Assembly (NCBI GenBank): GCA_038087875.1
Contig: CM075988.1
Location: forward strand, 4,836,001-4,900,000
Origin: Malacoraja senta
Taxonomy: Eukaryota
Direction: 5' to 3'
Length of the DNA stretch: 64,000 nucleotides
The notes under the pieces were generated by a model. The model saw only the letters and a list, made by a program, of their open reading frames with translations. It was not told the DNA's origin and made no database searches. Position numbers and translations under genes: made by a program. This document shows positions 50,307-63,891 of the stretch, piece by piece. Position 1 is the stretch's first letter; each line of letters opens with the position of its first letter.

Positions 50307-50933
50307 AGGGCCTGTCCCGCTTGGGCGTCATTTGCGCGTCATTTACGCGACAGGCCCGTAGTGATTGTCGCGTGAAAATCGTCTAGCAGTACAACAGTCG
50401 CGCGCTTTGCTCTTGAGGGCCCTGCTTCTTTTGGGAGCCATTGCAATGTCGTTCGTACCGTATTGTCATTTTAGTCCGATCTCCGTGGCAAGGATTTTCA
50501 CAGTGAAAAATATTCAAAACTCGGCGGGGCTTTATATCCGGGTGATCACGTGGTGCGGCGCTCAAATGACGCACAAATGGCGTGCCGACAGCATACGCGG
50601 CGACGCATAGTTACGGACGTTGACGCACGGTGACGCATAATAAATTAGCATAGGCAATGTTCGTGCGTCACCGTGCATAACCATGTGTCACCACGTGCTA
50701 CACGTACACAATCAGTACGTCAGTGTGCGCAAGGGATAGGTCACGCAGGTAGCGCGCAAGGATTTTGAACATTACATAATCCTGGGGTGATAAGGAAGCA
50801 CCGTGCGTTACCGCGCGTCACTGCATACGCCACCATGCCTCACCACGGGCCACGCGCGTGTCATGACGCGCCAACCAATTTATAGGATGTCGCTTAAATG
50901 ACGTGCAAATGACGTCCAAGTGGGACAGGCCCT
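50307..50933. mobile_element. PIF/Harbinger-type MITE (CpG-rich) inserted in an HE1-like SINE
   Basis: 46-bp TIRs AGGGCCTGTCCC(G/A)CTTGG(G/A)CGTCATTTGC...; TAA TSD; SINE GCTGTAA|GGCAGCAACTC restored on removal. Confidence 0.93.
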
Positions 50934-51772
50934 TAAGGCAGCAACTCCACCGCTGTGCCACAATGCGTGTAAATATATGTTCATGTGGGTGCTGAGTGGT
51001 GTGGTTTATTAGTTTATTAGTTGATGTGTTAGATGTGCAAAATGTGCTGTGGCGGACAGAATGTGTGCATAACTGTGTGCTTGCAAATGAAGCTGTGTTT
51101 CCATGTCCCGAGCCTTTAGACTTTAGAGATACAGCGCGGAAACAGGCCCTTCAGCCCACTAGGTATGCGCTGACCTCCAATTACCCTGTACACCAACGCT
51201 GTCCTGCACACCAGGGACAATTTTACCAAAGCCAATCAACCTGCAAACCTGTACACCTTTGGAGTGTGGGAGGAAATCGAAGCACCCAGAGAAAAGCCAC
51301 GCAGTCATGGGGAGAAAGTACAAACTCCGTTCAGACAGTGATCAGGTTCAGGATCTCTGGCAACTCTACTGGGCCGCCCTGTATGTGTGACAACGGTGTT
51401 TGCGTATTTGTGTACCTGTGTCCCCAGGGGATTGTGCGAGTGTGTGCTTGTTTGTGCAAGTCTTCTGAGTAGTTTGTGTTTGTGTTTGTCGGTGAGGGAG
51501 TACACGATTGTGTGTCACCTTGTGTGTCTGTGTGTGTGTATGTTTGAGTGTGTGTGTGTGTCCCATGTCTTGTTTGTGTGTTGATTCTGAGCTTTGAGGC
51601 AGCGACGTGTGTTGGGACGTGTAGCGTGTGTGTGCGTGTGTGGGATGTATACCGGAGCAACAGTTCCAAGGACAGAACGCTCACTTTGACAGAGACCTTC
51701 CTGCACTGCTGCTGGTTGTGAGATGAATCAGTCTGGCAGTGATTTCGGAGACTGCTTTCTGCTGCTTCTAAC

Positions 51773-51946
51773 ATGCCTGGAGCTCTCTGGTCTGGAGTTC
51801 TACCACCCTCAGAGACCAGGACAGTGTGGTTATACTTACTCCACTGTCTACACCTTCTCTTTTGCATCCATTCCACTGCTGCTTGGCAGAAAGCGCCTTT
51901 GAGAGCTGGAGCCCTGATATCAATCATCGCAGGAGTAGGTTGGCAG
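51773..51946 (+). CDS. Possible first coding exon with signal-peptide-like segment
   Basis: AACATG context, 58 codons with hydrophobic VWLYLLHCLHLLFCIHSTAA, consensus donor CAG|GTGAGT, non-repeat DNA; protein not recognised. Confidence 0.3.
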
Positions 51947-52704
51947 GTGAGTGGTACCAAGTCGCTAAGCATTGTGTATTACCAAGGGAACAAAGCAGTA
52001 GACACTCAAAATGCACATCAATGCTTTCACAGTGCTGAGATGATGGTGCGGTGCGGAGCCACAACTATCCAATACAACAATCATTCATTCTCAAGTTAGA
52101 CACAAAACGTTGGAGTAACTTAGCAGGACATGGGTAACGTTTCAGGTCGAGACCATTCTTCAGACTATAAGTCTGAAATATCACCCATTCCTTCTGTCCA
52201 GAGACGCTGCCTGTCCCGCTGAGTTACTCCAACATTTTCAGTTTAGTTTATTGTCAGGTTTACCGGGGTACAGTGAAAAGCTTGTAAACCAGCATCTGCA
52301 GTTCCTTCCCACACAATCCTTCATTCTCATGTTTCTTGTCCCTGTCATAATGTCTCTACGAAACATCTACGGACTCCTACGGACATTCCCCAAAATTTCT
52401 TGCGGTCTTGGATGGAGCTGTTCCCAAACCAAGCTGTGATGCATCCTGATAAAATGCTTTCTGTGGTGCATCTGTAGAAGTTGGTGAGAGATGTAGGGGT
52501 CAGGCCAAACCTCCTGAGCCTTCTGAGTAAGTGGAGGCGTTGGTGTGCTTTCTTGGTCGTTGCTTCAATATGGGTGGTCCAGGAGAAGTTGTTGGTGATA
52601 CTGACTCCTAGGAATTTGAAGTTTTAAACCATCTCTATTTCGGTGCCATCAATGCAAACTGGGGTACTGCTTCACATTCTTTCCACACTATCTAGTTTTG
52701 TGTA

Positions 52705-53982
52705 ATTTAGAGATACAGCATGGAAACAGGCCCTTCAGCCCACTGAGTCCATACCAACCATCGATCACCTGTTAACACTGGTTCAATGTGTTATCCACTC
52801 GCTACACACCAAGGACAATTTACAGAGGCCAATTAACCTACAAACCTGCATGTCTTTGGGATGTGGGAGGAAACCGGGGCATCAGGTGGAAACCCACGCG
52901 ATCACAGGGGGAGCGTGCAAACACCACACAGACAGCACGTGAAGTCGGGATTGAACCCAGGTCTCTGGTGCTGTGAGGCAGCATCTCTACCAGCTGCACC
53001 ACTAATCAGCCCTTTAAATCTAGAAATTAATCAACTTCCATCTTAAATGCATTCAGTGGCTTTACCTCCACAGCCCTCAGAGGTGGAGAATTCCGCAGGA
53101 CAACTGCTCGCTGCATTAGGGAAACCTCTCGTCTTGTTTTAAGTTTAGTTTAGTTCAGGTACAGCGCGGAAACAGGCCCTTCGGCCCACAGAGTCCGCGC
53201 CCACCCGCGATCACCGCACATTAAACATTAGGGAGAATTTTACATTTATACCAAGCCAATTAACATACAAACCTGTACATCTGTGGAGTGTGGGGGGGGG
53301 AACCAAAGATCTCAGAGAAAACCCACAGAGGTCACAGGGAGAACATACAAAGTCCGTACTGACAGCACCCATTGTCAGGATCGAACCAGGGTCTCCTGCG
53401 CTGTAAGGAAGTGCTCTTCCACTGCACCACTGTACTGCCCACATGTAAATATGTTACGGACAAAATGTGTAGGAAAGAACTGCAGATGTTGGTTTAAATT
53501 GAAGGTAGACACAAAATGCTGGAGTAACTCAGCGGGACAGGCAGCATCTCTGGAGAGAAGGAAAGGGTGATGTTTGGGTTGAGACCCTTATATAACCTGT
53601 GACCTTTGGTGCTAGACCCACAACAGCAAGGTATAGAAGGCAACAGACCACGAGCAAATGTGGAGGTCAGCACTGCTATTCTGTTAAATCTTCAGTTAAA
53701 ACTGAAAGTCTTCAGTTGGGGCGGCACAGTGCCACAGCGGTAGAGTTGCTGCCTGACGGTGCCAGAGGCCTGGGATCGATCCTGACTACGGGTGCTGTCT
53801 GTACGTAGTTTGTACATTCTCTCTGACACCACGTGGATTTGTCCGGGTGCTTTGGTTTTCTCCCACAGTCCAAAGACATACAGGTTTGTAGGATAGTGTT
53901 AGTGTACCGGGTGATCGCTGGTTGGTGCAGATTCGGCGGGCCGAAGGACCTGTTTCCACGCTATATCTCTAAAGTCTAAACT
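52705..53982. mobile_element. Cluster of three HE1-like V-SINEs (52705-53002 -, 53140-53432 -, 53718-53982 +) plus a pLTR fragment
   Basis: Head, core and tail motifs as in other copies. Confidence 0.82.
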
Positions 53983-54029
53983 CAGCGGCTCATGTAACAT
54001 CACTGAAGAATAATTCCAAAGAAGGGTCC

Positions 54030-54490
54030 TGACACTGCCAGTCCATCACGGGTACTGACCACCCCACCATCGAAGGGGTTTGCAGGAGTTGCTGCCTCAT
54101 AAAGGCAGCCAGCATCATCAGAGACCCACACTCTCATTTCACCCCTGCCATCAGGAAGAAGGTACAGGAGCCTAAAAACTGTAATGTCCAGGTTCAGGAG
54201 CAGCTTCTTCCTTATAGCAATTAGGCTATTAAACACTATAACTTCCAATAAGTTCTGAAATACATAGACTATTACTGCACTATTATTGTTTGCCTGTATT
54301 TTATGTGTACATATGTGTGCATGTATATAGGTGTGTATATGTATATATATATACACACTAAACCTTTATTCTCGTTTATTATATTGTTGACAGTGTACTA
54401 TGTTTCATTCTGTTGTGATGCTGCATGTGAGAATTTCATTGTTCTACCTGGGACAGATGATGATAAAACACTCTTGACTTTTGACTTGAC
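54030..54490 (+). mobile_element. Rex1/Babar LINE 3' end
   Basis: Reverse-complement match to 35030-35240; (TTGAC)n tail. Confidence 0.8.
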
Positions 54491-55929
54491 TTCCTTGACC
54501 CAAAACTTCACCCATCCATGTTTTCCAGAGATGTTGCCTGACCTACTGTTAATCCAACGTTTTGTGGGGATTTTTGTGTGTCCTTGTGAATCTTTTCTGC
54601 CTCATTTTCCGCTTAATGTTGTCCTTCCTACGGCTGGGCGACCAGTAATGTTTTCCAATGGCATTCATAGAACTTCATCCAGAATTTTGTGGCTAGTTGA
54701 GGGAATGGGATTCTTATGAATTTATGTGAATCTAAAAATCCACCTGATCAGAAATGGGACAGTGATAGTCAAGTCAAGAGTGTTTTATTGTCATAGCGCC
54801 ATCCTTCACGTTACCAAGGTCACTCCATTCTAACTGCCTCCCTGACCCATTCCACCTCTCAATTCAAGGACCTATCTACTTCACTATAATTGTCAACTAT
54901 AAATCTTTATATCTTAGAAACAAGAACTGCAGATGCAGGTTTATCAAAAAGCCTCAAAGTGCTGGAGTAACTCAGCTATATATCTTATCATTTGATGATA
55001 GGAACTGTTGCCGATGTTTGTTATAAAAATACAGAAATAACTAACAAAGACTCTGTCTAAAACCCATTTTTCAGCTGCTAAGTAAAAGATTTTCGAGGCA
55101 CGATTCAGATGATACTGTGGTGCAATGACTTTCTAATCCATATTTATTACTGCCTTGGTGTTCAAACATATTTCAGAGGGAGAGGGTGATGTACTGTGTT
55201 TTATTACTTTCGCTTCATCTGTTGGAGCTTGTCTTGAATCCAGAGTAGGCAGCGATGATGCAGGCAGGCAATGTGCTGAATCTCTGCAAATTGTGTTTCA
55301 GTTCAATCGGGGCACAGATCCTCTTCCCTCCTATGGCAGTTTCAAAGCAAATTGAGCTGACGCTCTGTGTGTAGAATTAAGTATGGGAGCGCAGGGTGCT
55401 GCCCTGAAAACAGCAGGCAACTTTGCCGAGCGGATTGTGGATTCGGTGCTGCGCAAGGGAAGAGCAGAGAGGAAAATTAACCCTGAGATATCTATAATGA
55501 GACAAATACCTGCGTCCTACCCCAGTCAAGCTTGAAAGGGTGCTGAGAGGATTTGCGAGGATGCTGCCAGGATTCGAGGGCCTGAGCTGTAGGGAGAGGA
55601 AAGCTAAAAGATCCAGGTTCAGGAACAGCTACTTCCTTACAGCCATCAGGCTATCAAACACGGCAACCGCCAAATAAGCTCTGAACTACGTAGACTTGGG
55701 GGCATTGGTTTTGTCCTTGTGTACTTTTATTGTTTGTTTGTTTTTATGTGTATGCATGCGTGTAAATATATATATATATATATGCACAACTTTTTTCTTG
55801 TTTATTATATTGTTTCCAGCGTATTACGTTTACATATTCTGTTGTGCTGGTGTGTTGTAAGACTTTCATTGTTCTGTCTGGGACATACAACAATAAAAGA
55901 CTCTTGACTCTTGACTCTCTTAACTCTCG

Positions 55930-57850
55930 AGGTTGAGCAGGCTGGGACTTTATTCCTTGCAGCGCAGGAGGATGAGGGCGATCTTATTTGAGGTGTGCAA
56001 CATCATGAAAGGAATAGATTGGATAATTGTACTGTCTCTTGCCCAGAGTAGGGTAATCAAGAAGCAGGAAACGTAGGTTTAAGGTGAGGTGGGAATGATG
56101 TACAAGGAACCAGGTGGGTAACTTTTTTACACAAAGGGTGGTGGGTGTTTGGAACATGCTGCCAGAGGAGGTAGTTGAGGCAGGGACTATCGCAATATTT
56201 GAAACATTTTGACAAAGGTACATGGATTGGATCGGTTTCGAGGGATATGGGCCAAACGTAGGCAGGCAGGACTATTGTAGATGGGACATGCTGGTTGGTG
56301 TGGGTTAGTTGGGCTGAAGGGCCTGTTTCCACACTGTATGATTCTATGACTCAAGGACTGTATTGAATTCCTGAAAAGGAATGCTGATATTTGACTTGGT
56401 ATTTCTTCAGCACAGACATTGTGGGCCGAAGGGCCAGTTCTTGTTTTGTACTGTGTTATGTAACAGTACAACATTTCTTCCCCCACATTTTAAATCTCTC
56501 TGATCAATTATAAAATGTCATAAAGAATAGGAGTAGAATTAAGCCATTTGCCCCATCAAGTCTACTCCGCCATTCAATCATGGCTGATCTATCTCACCCT
56601 CCTAACCCCATTCTCCTGCCTTCTCCCCAAAACCCCTGACACCCATGCTAATCAAGAATCTATCTATCTCTGCCTTAAAAAAATCCATTGACTTGGCATC
56701 CACAGCCTTTTGTGGCAAAGAATTCAACAGATTCACAACCCTCTGATTAGAGAAATCTTCCTCATCTCCTTCTTAAAGGAACATCCTTTTATTCTGAGGC
56801 TATGGCCTCTAGTCCTAGACTCTTCCACTAATGGAAACACCCTCTCCACATCCACTCTATGCAAGCCTTTCACTATTCTGTATGTTTCCATGAGGCTTTC
56901 TCTAAACATGGCTTTGGAGTCTAGCAAGGTCTCCCGACACTGGGACAGCTGATGCCTTGATACTGATGAACTGAGCAACTGGATGGCACAATGGTGCAGC
57001 GGGTGGAGCCGCTGCATCACAGGACCAGACTCCCGGGTTTGATGCTGATCTCGGGTGCTGTCTGTGTGGAGTTTGCACGTGTTGCCTGTGATTGCATGGG
57101 TTTCCTCCTGGCGCTCCGGTTTCCTCCCACATCCCAAAGAAAAGATGTGCGGGTCTGTAGGCTAATTGCCCTCTGTAAATTGCCTCTGTAAATGGAAATG
57201 CAAAATAAGGAAGAACAACTGTGAACGGGTGATCGATAGTTGGCGTGAACCTGGTGGGCTGAAGGGCCTGTTTCCATGCTGTATCTTTCAATCAATCATT
57301 AGGCAAGGAAACCACATCCTAATTATCAGTTACCACCCTCCGCTGCTGCTGTGACATCAAAACACTCCAATGGTTGCCATTATTCTACACATAAAGGAAA
57401 ATGGCTGTGGTGATTGGGCATTGGTCACCCTAGGCACTTTTTCCTAGACGCAAACATCTTCATCTGCTTCATCGATGACCTCCCATCCATCATGAGAATT
57501 TGACGGCACTGAGCCTGTACTCGCTGGAGTTTAGGATGAGGGGAGAACCTCAATGAAACTTACCGAATAGTGAAAGGCCTGGATAGAGTGGGGTGTGGAG
57601 AGGATGTTTCCACTAGTGGGAGAGTCTAGGATCAGAGGCCTCAGAATAAAAGGACACACCTTTAGAAAGGAGATGAGGGGGAATTTCTTTAGTCGGAGGG
57701 TGGTGAATCTATGGAATTCATTGCCACAGACGACTGTGGAGGCCAAGTCAATTGATATTTGTAACATGGAGATTGACAGATTCTTGATTAGTACGGGTGT
57801 CAAGGGTTATGGGGAGAAGGCAGGAGAATGGGGTTGAGAGGGAAAGATAT
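55930..57850. mobile_element. CR1 3' fragments (55930-56350 +, 56520-56900 -, 57505-57850 +) and a V-SINE (56982-57295 +)
   Basis: ETYRIVKGL.RVD.ERMFPLV.ESR.RGH.L.IKG, FFS.RVVNLWNSLPQ. Confidence 0.82.
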
Positions 57851-58464
57851 AAACACTTGTTCCGTTTTGGGACAATAAAACACTCTTGACTCTTGACAAG
57901 GACAAGGATTTAACTACATGGGAACATTATCACTGACAGTTTCCATTGCATGTCCAGTCCACATTATCGTGACCTGGGAGTTTGTTGCCTGCCCTCATTG
58001 TTGCCCCATCATATTCTGGATCTCCCGGCCACCAGCACAGTGGGAGAGCCTTTACAGTGGTTCAGTATAGGATTCAACACGATCTTCACCCAGGTAATTC
58101 GGGATGGGTCTACCTCAATATGTCAATGTTTCGTTAGTGAATTAAAAGTTAACCCAAAAATTGGATTCGGAGCCTGAAGAAGTCAAAAACATCACCTTTA
58201 AACTTTAGACTTTGGACTGTGGAGATACAGTGTGAAAACAGGCCCTTTGGCCCACTGAGTTTGCGCCGACCAGCGATCATCACCTTTTACTAATTCTAAC
58301 CTGCACACCACAGACAATTTCCAGAAGCCAATTAACCTACAAACCTGCACATCTTTGGAAGGTGGGAGTAAACTGGAGCACCTGGAGAAAACCCAGTCAG
58401 TCACAGGAAGAATGTACAAACTTTGTACAGGCAGCACCCACAGTCAGAATTGAACCTGAGTCTC

Positions 58465-58943
58465 AATAGACAATAGACAATAGACAATAGGTGCAGGAGT
58501 AGGCCATTTGGTCCTTCGAGCCAGCACCGCCATTCAATGTGATCATGGCTGATCATCCCCAATCAGTACCCCATTCCTGACTTCTCCCCATATCCACTGA
58601 CTCCGCTATCTTGACATGGAAGGCCTATCTAGCTCTCTCTTGAAAGTATCCAGAGAACTGGCCTCCACCGCCCTCTGAGGCAGAGAATTCCACAGACTCA
58701 CAACTCTCTGTGTGAAAAGGTGTTTCCTCGTCGCTGTCCTAAATGGCTTACCCCTTATTCTTAAACTGTGGCCCTTGGTTCTGGACTCCCCCAACATCGG
58801 GAACATGTTTCCTGCCTCTAGGTTGTCCAAACCCTTAACAATCTTATATTTTTCAATAAGATACCCTCTCATCCTTCTAAACTCCAGAGATTACAAGCCC
58901 AGCTGCTCCATTCTCTCAGCATATGACAGTCCCACCATCCCCG
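58465..58943 (-). mobile_element. CR1 LINE 3' fragment
   Basis: MRGYLIEKYKIVKGLD...FTQRVVSLWNSLPQ; (TATTGTC)n tail. Confidence 0.88.
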
Positions 58944-59376
58944 TGATAATTACTCGTTTCTAAGCTCCCCCCCAGTCTAGTTTCAGTAAAAACATTGAAT
59001 CAAGCACTTGAAACAACTAAATTTTATTTTACCATTTACCCTGATTTACAGAAAGCCCAGACAAGGCGCAACACCTCATCCAATCAACATTTGGCAAAGT
59101 CAAACTCTGCAACATTATTTACAACTATTTACAAGGTGTATGTCTGGTTGGCAGCCATCCAATCCATTCTATGCATTTTGCACCAGATTGACAGGGTTTG
59201 CAGATCTTCCCATTCTTTGCTTGCAAATTGTATCTAAGCTCCAGACACTCTGGCACCTCTTCGCAGCTTGTCCCAGCACTGCAGAGAGTAATTCTAATTT
59301 GACCAAATCTCCCAGCAACCCTGAAACTTAACCCCATTTTGAAGTCCTAGCTGCTCCAATTTAGCCAGGATTAACA
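58944..59376 (-). mobile_element. 3' LTR (433 bp) of an LTR retroelement
   Basis: Minus strand: polypurine tract AAAAGGAAGGAA, then TGTTAAT...ATTATCA, with internal AATAAA. Confidence 0.7.
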
Positions 59377-60071
59377 TTCCTTCCTTTTATCATAATGATA
59401 ACCCATCATTAATGATAACCAAAGTGACTCAATAATCAGCTAACCAGAGATACATAAGTGTGCTTTACATTTCCCATCTATCAGTAACACAAGATGATGA
59501 TGTATCTTCTCAGAATCTTGTCAAGCGTCCCGAGTTTTCATTGGCATAACTTCACATGTTCTGTCTGAGGAGTCTGCACCTCCCGAGTTTTCGTGGGCAC
59601 GAATTCCTTCCATTTGTGTTCCTGCCCAGTCTTCTATCACCTTCCACAGTCGAACCTAAACCTTAGAAAATCCTAAGAAGCTTGGGACAAAGCAAGTTAC
59701 CATCATGCACTCATGCTTTCCCACATATTCGCTATTTATATTTCACTTGAACCTAGCCCTATTCTATTATCTATTGAACCTATTATATTGTGCTCTATTA
59801 CTAATTCCTATTCCTATTCTATTCCCTGACATATTCTTTATTATTCTAGGATCGACACTAATTATCCTTCTTCCTACCCACATGGTGTTATATTATGTAT
59901 ATCTGATGACGGGTAATCATATAATTTTCAGCTGGGTTTGGTCCAGATTCCCATACAGGCGTGACTTTAATTTGAAGCAAACCATGATAATGTTCCAATT
60001 TAACCAAATTCAGTCTCAGCCTTCAATTTACTTTTTTTTGAATTTCAATGCGCATTTCCTCTCTCATTCAA

Positions 60072-60921
60072 AGGATACAAAGGACATTTATTATCACATA
60101 CACCAATTGTAGTGAAATTTGTCTTGCCATGCAGCACACAGATAAAGATAAGACACAACATTAAAGAATTTAACAATAAACATAAAAACATCCCCCCACA
60201 ATGGTTCCCATTATGAGGGAAGGCACAAAGTCCAGTCCCCATCCCCATGTCCACCCATAGTCGGGCCTATTGAGGCCTCCACAGTCGCCGCTACGGGGCC
60301 GATGTTACAGGCCCTTCTTCACTGGGTGATGGTGCTCTGGCGTCGGGAGAACCCTCTCAGCGGCTTGGGAGGCCTGAAACGGCCGCATCCTTACTGGAGA
60401 CCCCAGCTTCCGAAGCCAACGAAGGCCGCGCTGGATGGAGCTCTACCACTGGCGATCTCGGCGAGAGATCCCAGGCTCCCGATGTTGATGTTCAGCGCCG
60501 CCGCCCGCGGCTGGCCGCTCCACAGACCCGCAGCTCCGCGATGTTGCATCGGCGGTCTCAGCTCACTGGAGTTCCAGTGCGGCGCCCCGGGCAAGGCATC
60601 GCCCGCTCCGCTCCGCGATAGCGCTCCAGCGCTGTGCCGGCTCCGAACACAAGGTTCTGGGCGATCCCCTCAGGAAACGCCGCTCCAGGCCCACTGGTAG
60701 GCCACGAGGACGGGTCGAAGTTGCTGCCCGGAGAAAAGCCGCCTCTCCGACCAGGTAGGGACCCTGAAAAGCAGTTTCCCCCTTCCCGCCCCCCCCCCCC
60801 ACACACATAAAAAAGGCTAGAACTCCGAAAACAAAAACTCAACTAACTAAAAATATAAAAAAGAGAGAAAAAACGGACAGCTGCAGGCTGGGCAGCCAAA
60901 CCCGCACCGGACGGCGCCCCC
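60072..60921 (-). mobile_element. CpG-rich non-autonomous retroposon, long copy
   Basis: Starts GGGGCGCCGTCC, ends AATAAATGTCCTTTG repeats; near-identical ends to 62196-62742. Confidence 0.75.
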
Positions 60922-62195
60922 GATTGTAGCCGATAATACAATTCCCTTCCAATTCCTGTGGCATTCCCAGCTGTTCAAATTTAATTGATTAATTTATCTT
61001 ACTACGAATTTTATCCTAAGTCCAATAAAAATGCCAATTCCAGGGACAATTTCTTTCCACCTTTATAATAGAAGCCGCTTTACCATCAAGGGTTAAACAA
61101 TTCAAATACATTGGGCGAATACACAGCGGCTCTGCCATTTCAAACACAATTCAAGATTCCCCCTACAGTTAACCAAGTCTGTCCTCCAGTATCTCCTCTT
61201 ATCTAAATATGCACTCCACACTATGGTAACTCGTTACTCTGTTGATTCTCCACTATGTTGGTTCTTTACTCTATTAGCTCTTTACTATGTTGGCTTTCTA
61301 CTATGTTGGCTTCCTTCTCTGTCTAGGGGGTTCTTGCTTTTATTCTATGGCTTCGTTCTTTGTCTTAGGGTTCTCATCTCTAAGTAGCTCTGCTAGATGG
61401 TTAGTATTGATCTTCCGAGGGGAATCTACCTCATCATTTTACACTACCACCTTACGTTTCCAGGGTATGAATATGAATGAATAATGAATGAATATAACTT
61501 TAATTGTCATTCAGGTATACACATAGACACAGTGCACATTGAACGAAATTTCGTTGCATTGACTCTTCAAAGTAACAGCGATCAGTAAAAGTGCTTAGTG
61601 TGTCCATAAAAAGTGCTTCATGTGCATAGTTAAAAAAGGAAAGTTTTTAAAAGTGGCAATGTATAAGAAAGTTTTTTGCTTTGGTTTGATTGTGAGTTCA
61701 ATAATCTTATGGCCTGGGGGATGAAGCCTGGGGGATGAAGGGATGAGGTATGTCTTCATTCCTGATATCTGCTAGGGTCTGTCCCTTCCTTAATGGTAAC
61801 TAAATGGTCCAGTCCTATAGTCGACTATTTCCTGTGGGTGAGACAAAAGAAGAATGCTAAATTAACAGTCAATTCTCTAACAATTCTAAGACTGTATCCC
61901 ATAAGCCCTCTTTGAATTAATTTACTTATAACTAAATTTTGGCGCAAAGTGAGTATTTTGCCACGAATCACAGAGAAATTCCTTTTTATTGAGATCCAAT
62001 TCTAAAGAGTAGCCATCCCAACAGTCATTATAGGTTGTCAGTGTTATTTCTTTTGGAGATGATTGAAGTGTCCTTTATTCTCCTTCCTTTTATTCCTCCA
62101 GTAGCTAGGTGATATTAAAGTTGGACACTAGGGTAGGTCCTTTTCTTTGTCCTTTCTACTGATGGTGTCTGTCACTAGGGAGTGGAGATACTGAG

Positions 62196-62742
62196 GACAA
62201 AGGACAAAGGACAAAGGACATTTATTGTCACATACACCAAATGGTGTAGTGAAATTTGTTCTTGCCATGCAGCACAAATAGACACAACATTAAAGAAATT
62301 TAACATAAAACATTAAAACATCCCCCCACAATGGATCCCACTGTGGGGGAAGGCACAAAGTCCAGTCCATATCCCCTTGTCCACCCATAGTCTGGCCTAT
62401 ATAGGCGTCCACAGTCGCCGCTACGGGGGCCGATGTTACAGGCCCTTCTTCGCCGGGTGATGGTGCTCCGGCGTCGGGAGAACCCTCTCAGCAGCTTGGG
62501 ACACTTGGAACGGCCGTCTCCCTACCGGAGTCCGCGGCTTCCGAAGCCGACAGGCCGCGCTCGATGGAGCTCCACCACTGGCGAGATCCCAGGCTCCCGA
62601 TGTAAGGTTCAGCGCCGCCGCCCGCACCACATAAAAAAGAATAGAACTCCTAAAAACAAAACAACTAACTAACTAAAAATTTAAAAAAGATGAAAACGGA
62701 CAGCTGCAGGCTGGGCAGCCATACCACACAGGACGGCGCCCC
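62196..62742 (-). mobile_element. CpG-rich non-autonomous retroposon, internally deleted copy
   Basis: Same 5' and 3' ends as 60072-60921, ~300 bp shorter; (CCTTTGT)n tail. Confidence 0.75.
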
Positions 62743-63270
62743 ATGTCGCTCTGCCTGCTGGCCTTCCCAAATGTTTTAAAGGGGCAGGACAGTATCAATT
62801 CTGCCTGCTGGTCACCTTTTTCTGGGGAGCTACATTACCTTTCGCTGTCTTCTTCCTGTTCTTAGGGGTCTGTGCATTATTTTACCTCACTCCCCAGACA
62901 GTCTCTTGTTGACATACAGTCCTGCAGGCACAAAACTCAGCAATACATTAATTCAACATCTTCTTTCCCCACTCCCATTCCTCCTGCACAGTAAGTTTCT
63001 TTCTTCTCTCCCTAGTGCCATTTCTATTCCTCAGTGTTATCTCTTTTCACGCTAGCTAATATGTTCCTTTTCTTACTCTTTTTATTGCCTCTTGGTTTTT
63101 CTTCTATCCAGCTATGTTCTGCCTTCTCGCTGGACACTCCTTGCTCCAGTGACCTGATTGGGTGCAGTTGAAACAAGCTCCTTGATTTACAATCTTCTTT
63201 GCTCTAAGGGCTTTTCTGGGGTAATCATAAGAGGGTTTATAATTTTCTTCCATAACATTTCCAGTTTTTA

Positions 63271-63891
63271 CTACAATAGTACATCCAATTCGCTCATTCT
63301 GGTAAATGACTTGAGTGGGGTGTAGAGTAGGGGTCTTGTCTCCACGCCCACAATTCCAGGGTGGGTTGGTGAGTCAGGACTGAGAAAATGGGTTCGCTTG
63401 AGTGAACGGTGTGTGACTTCTTGGTTCCTGATACTCTCTCTCTGGTTTCTTGGGTCACAGTATTCTCTTGAATTAAAGGACCTCCCATAATTCCTTGGAT
63501 TTCGGATGTCTCTATATTCTCTAGGATCTCTAAATTCTTCATAATCCTGGAAATCCCTTCTTTGACCCCTCTCTTTCATCCGTTCCTTCGTTGGACAGGC
63601 CCTACTCCAATGTCCCATCCCTTCGCAAGTATAGTATTGGTTAAGCAGCATTGTTGGTCTTATTCTACCCCTGGGTTCCATGGAAATGTGCTTGAGATTG
63701 GGAGTATAACGGTGATAGTAATCTGAGTAATCTGGGACCCTAATATCTCCCAATCGGTAATTTGCTGGCACTCTGGGAATCCATGGTTCAGAGATAGATT
63801 TTGCTAATTCTTCCTTTGCTGTGCGTTCACTTTCTCTCCTAATTACAGAATTTTTTTTCTGGTTCCTACCTTCCTTCCAATAATATCTCAC
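63271..63891 (-). pseudogene. gag-like ORF with decayed CCHC zinc knuckle
   Basis: Q(Y)YTCEGMGHWSRACP = Cx2Cx4Hx4C with the first Cys replaced by Tyr; followed by 6-aa R/D/E-rich repeats. Confidence 0.65.

Noticed and set aside
59705..60112. Hydrophobic 135-aa ORF as a membrane protein
   Set aside because: Antisense reading of the A-rich strand of the LTR element; runs into a retroposon tail.
62060..62150. Integrase C-terminal GPY/F-like motif on the minus strand
   Set aside because: Only KGP matches, with stops nearby; not supportable.
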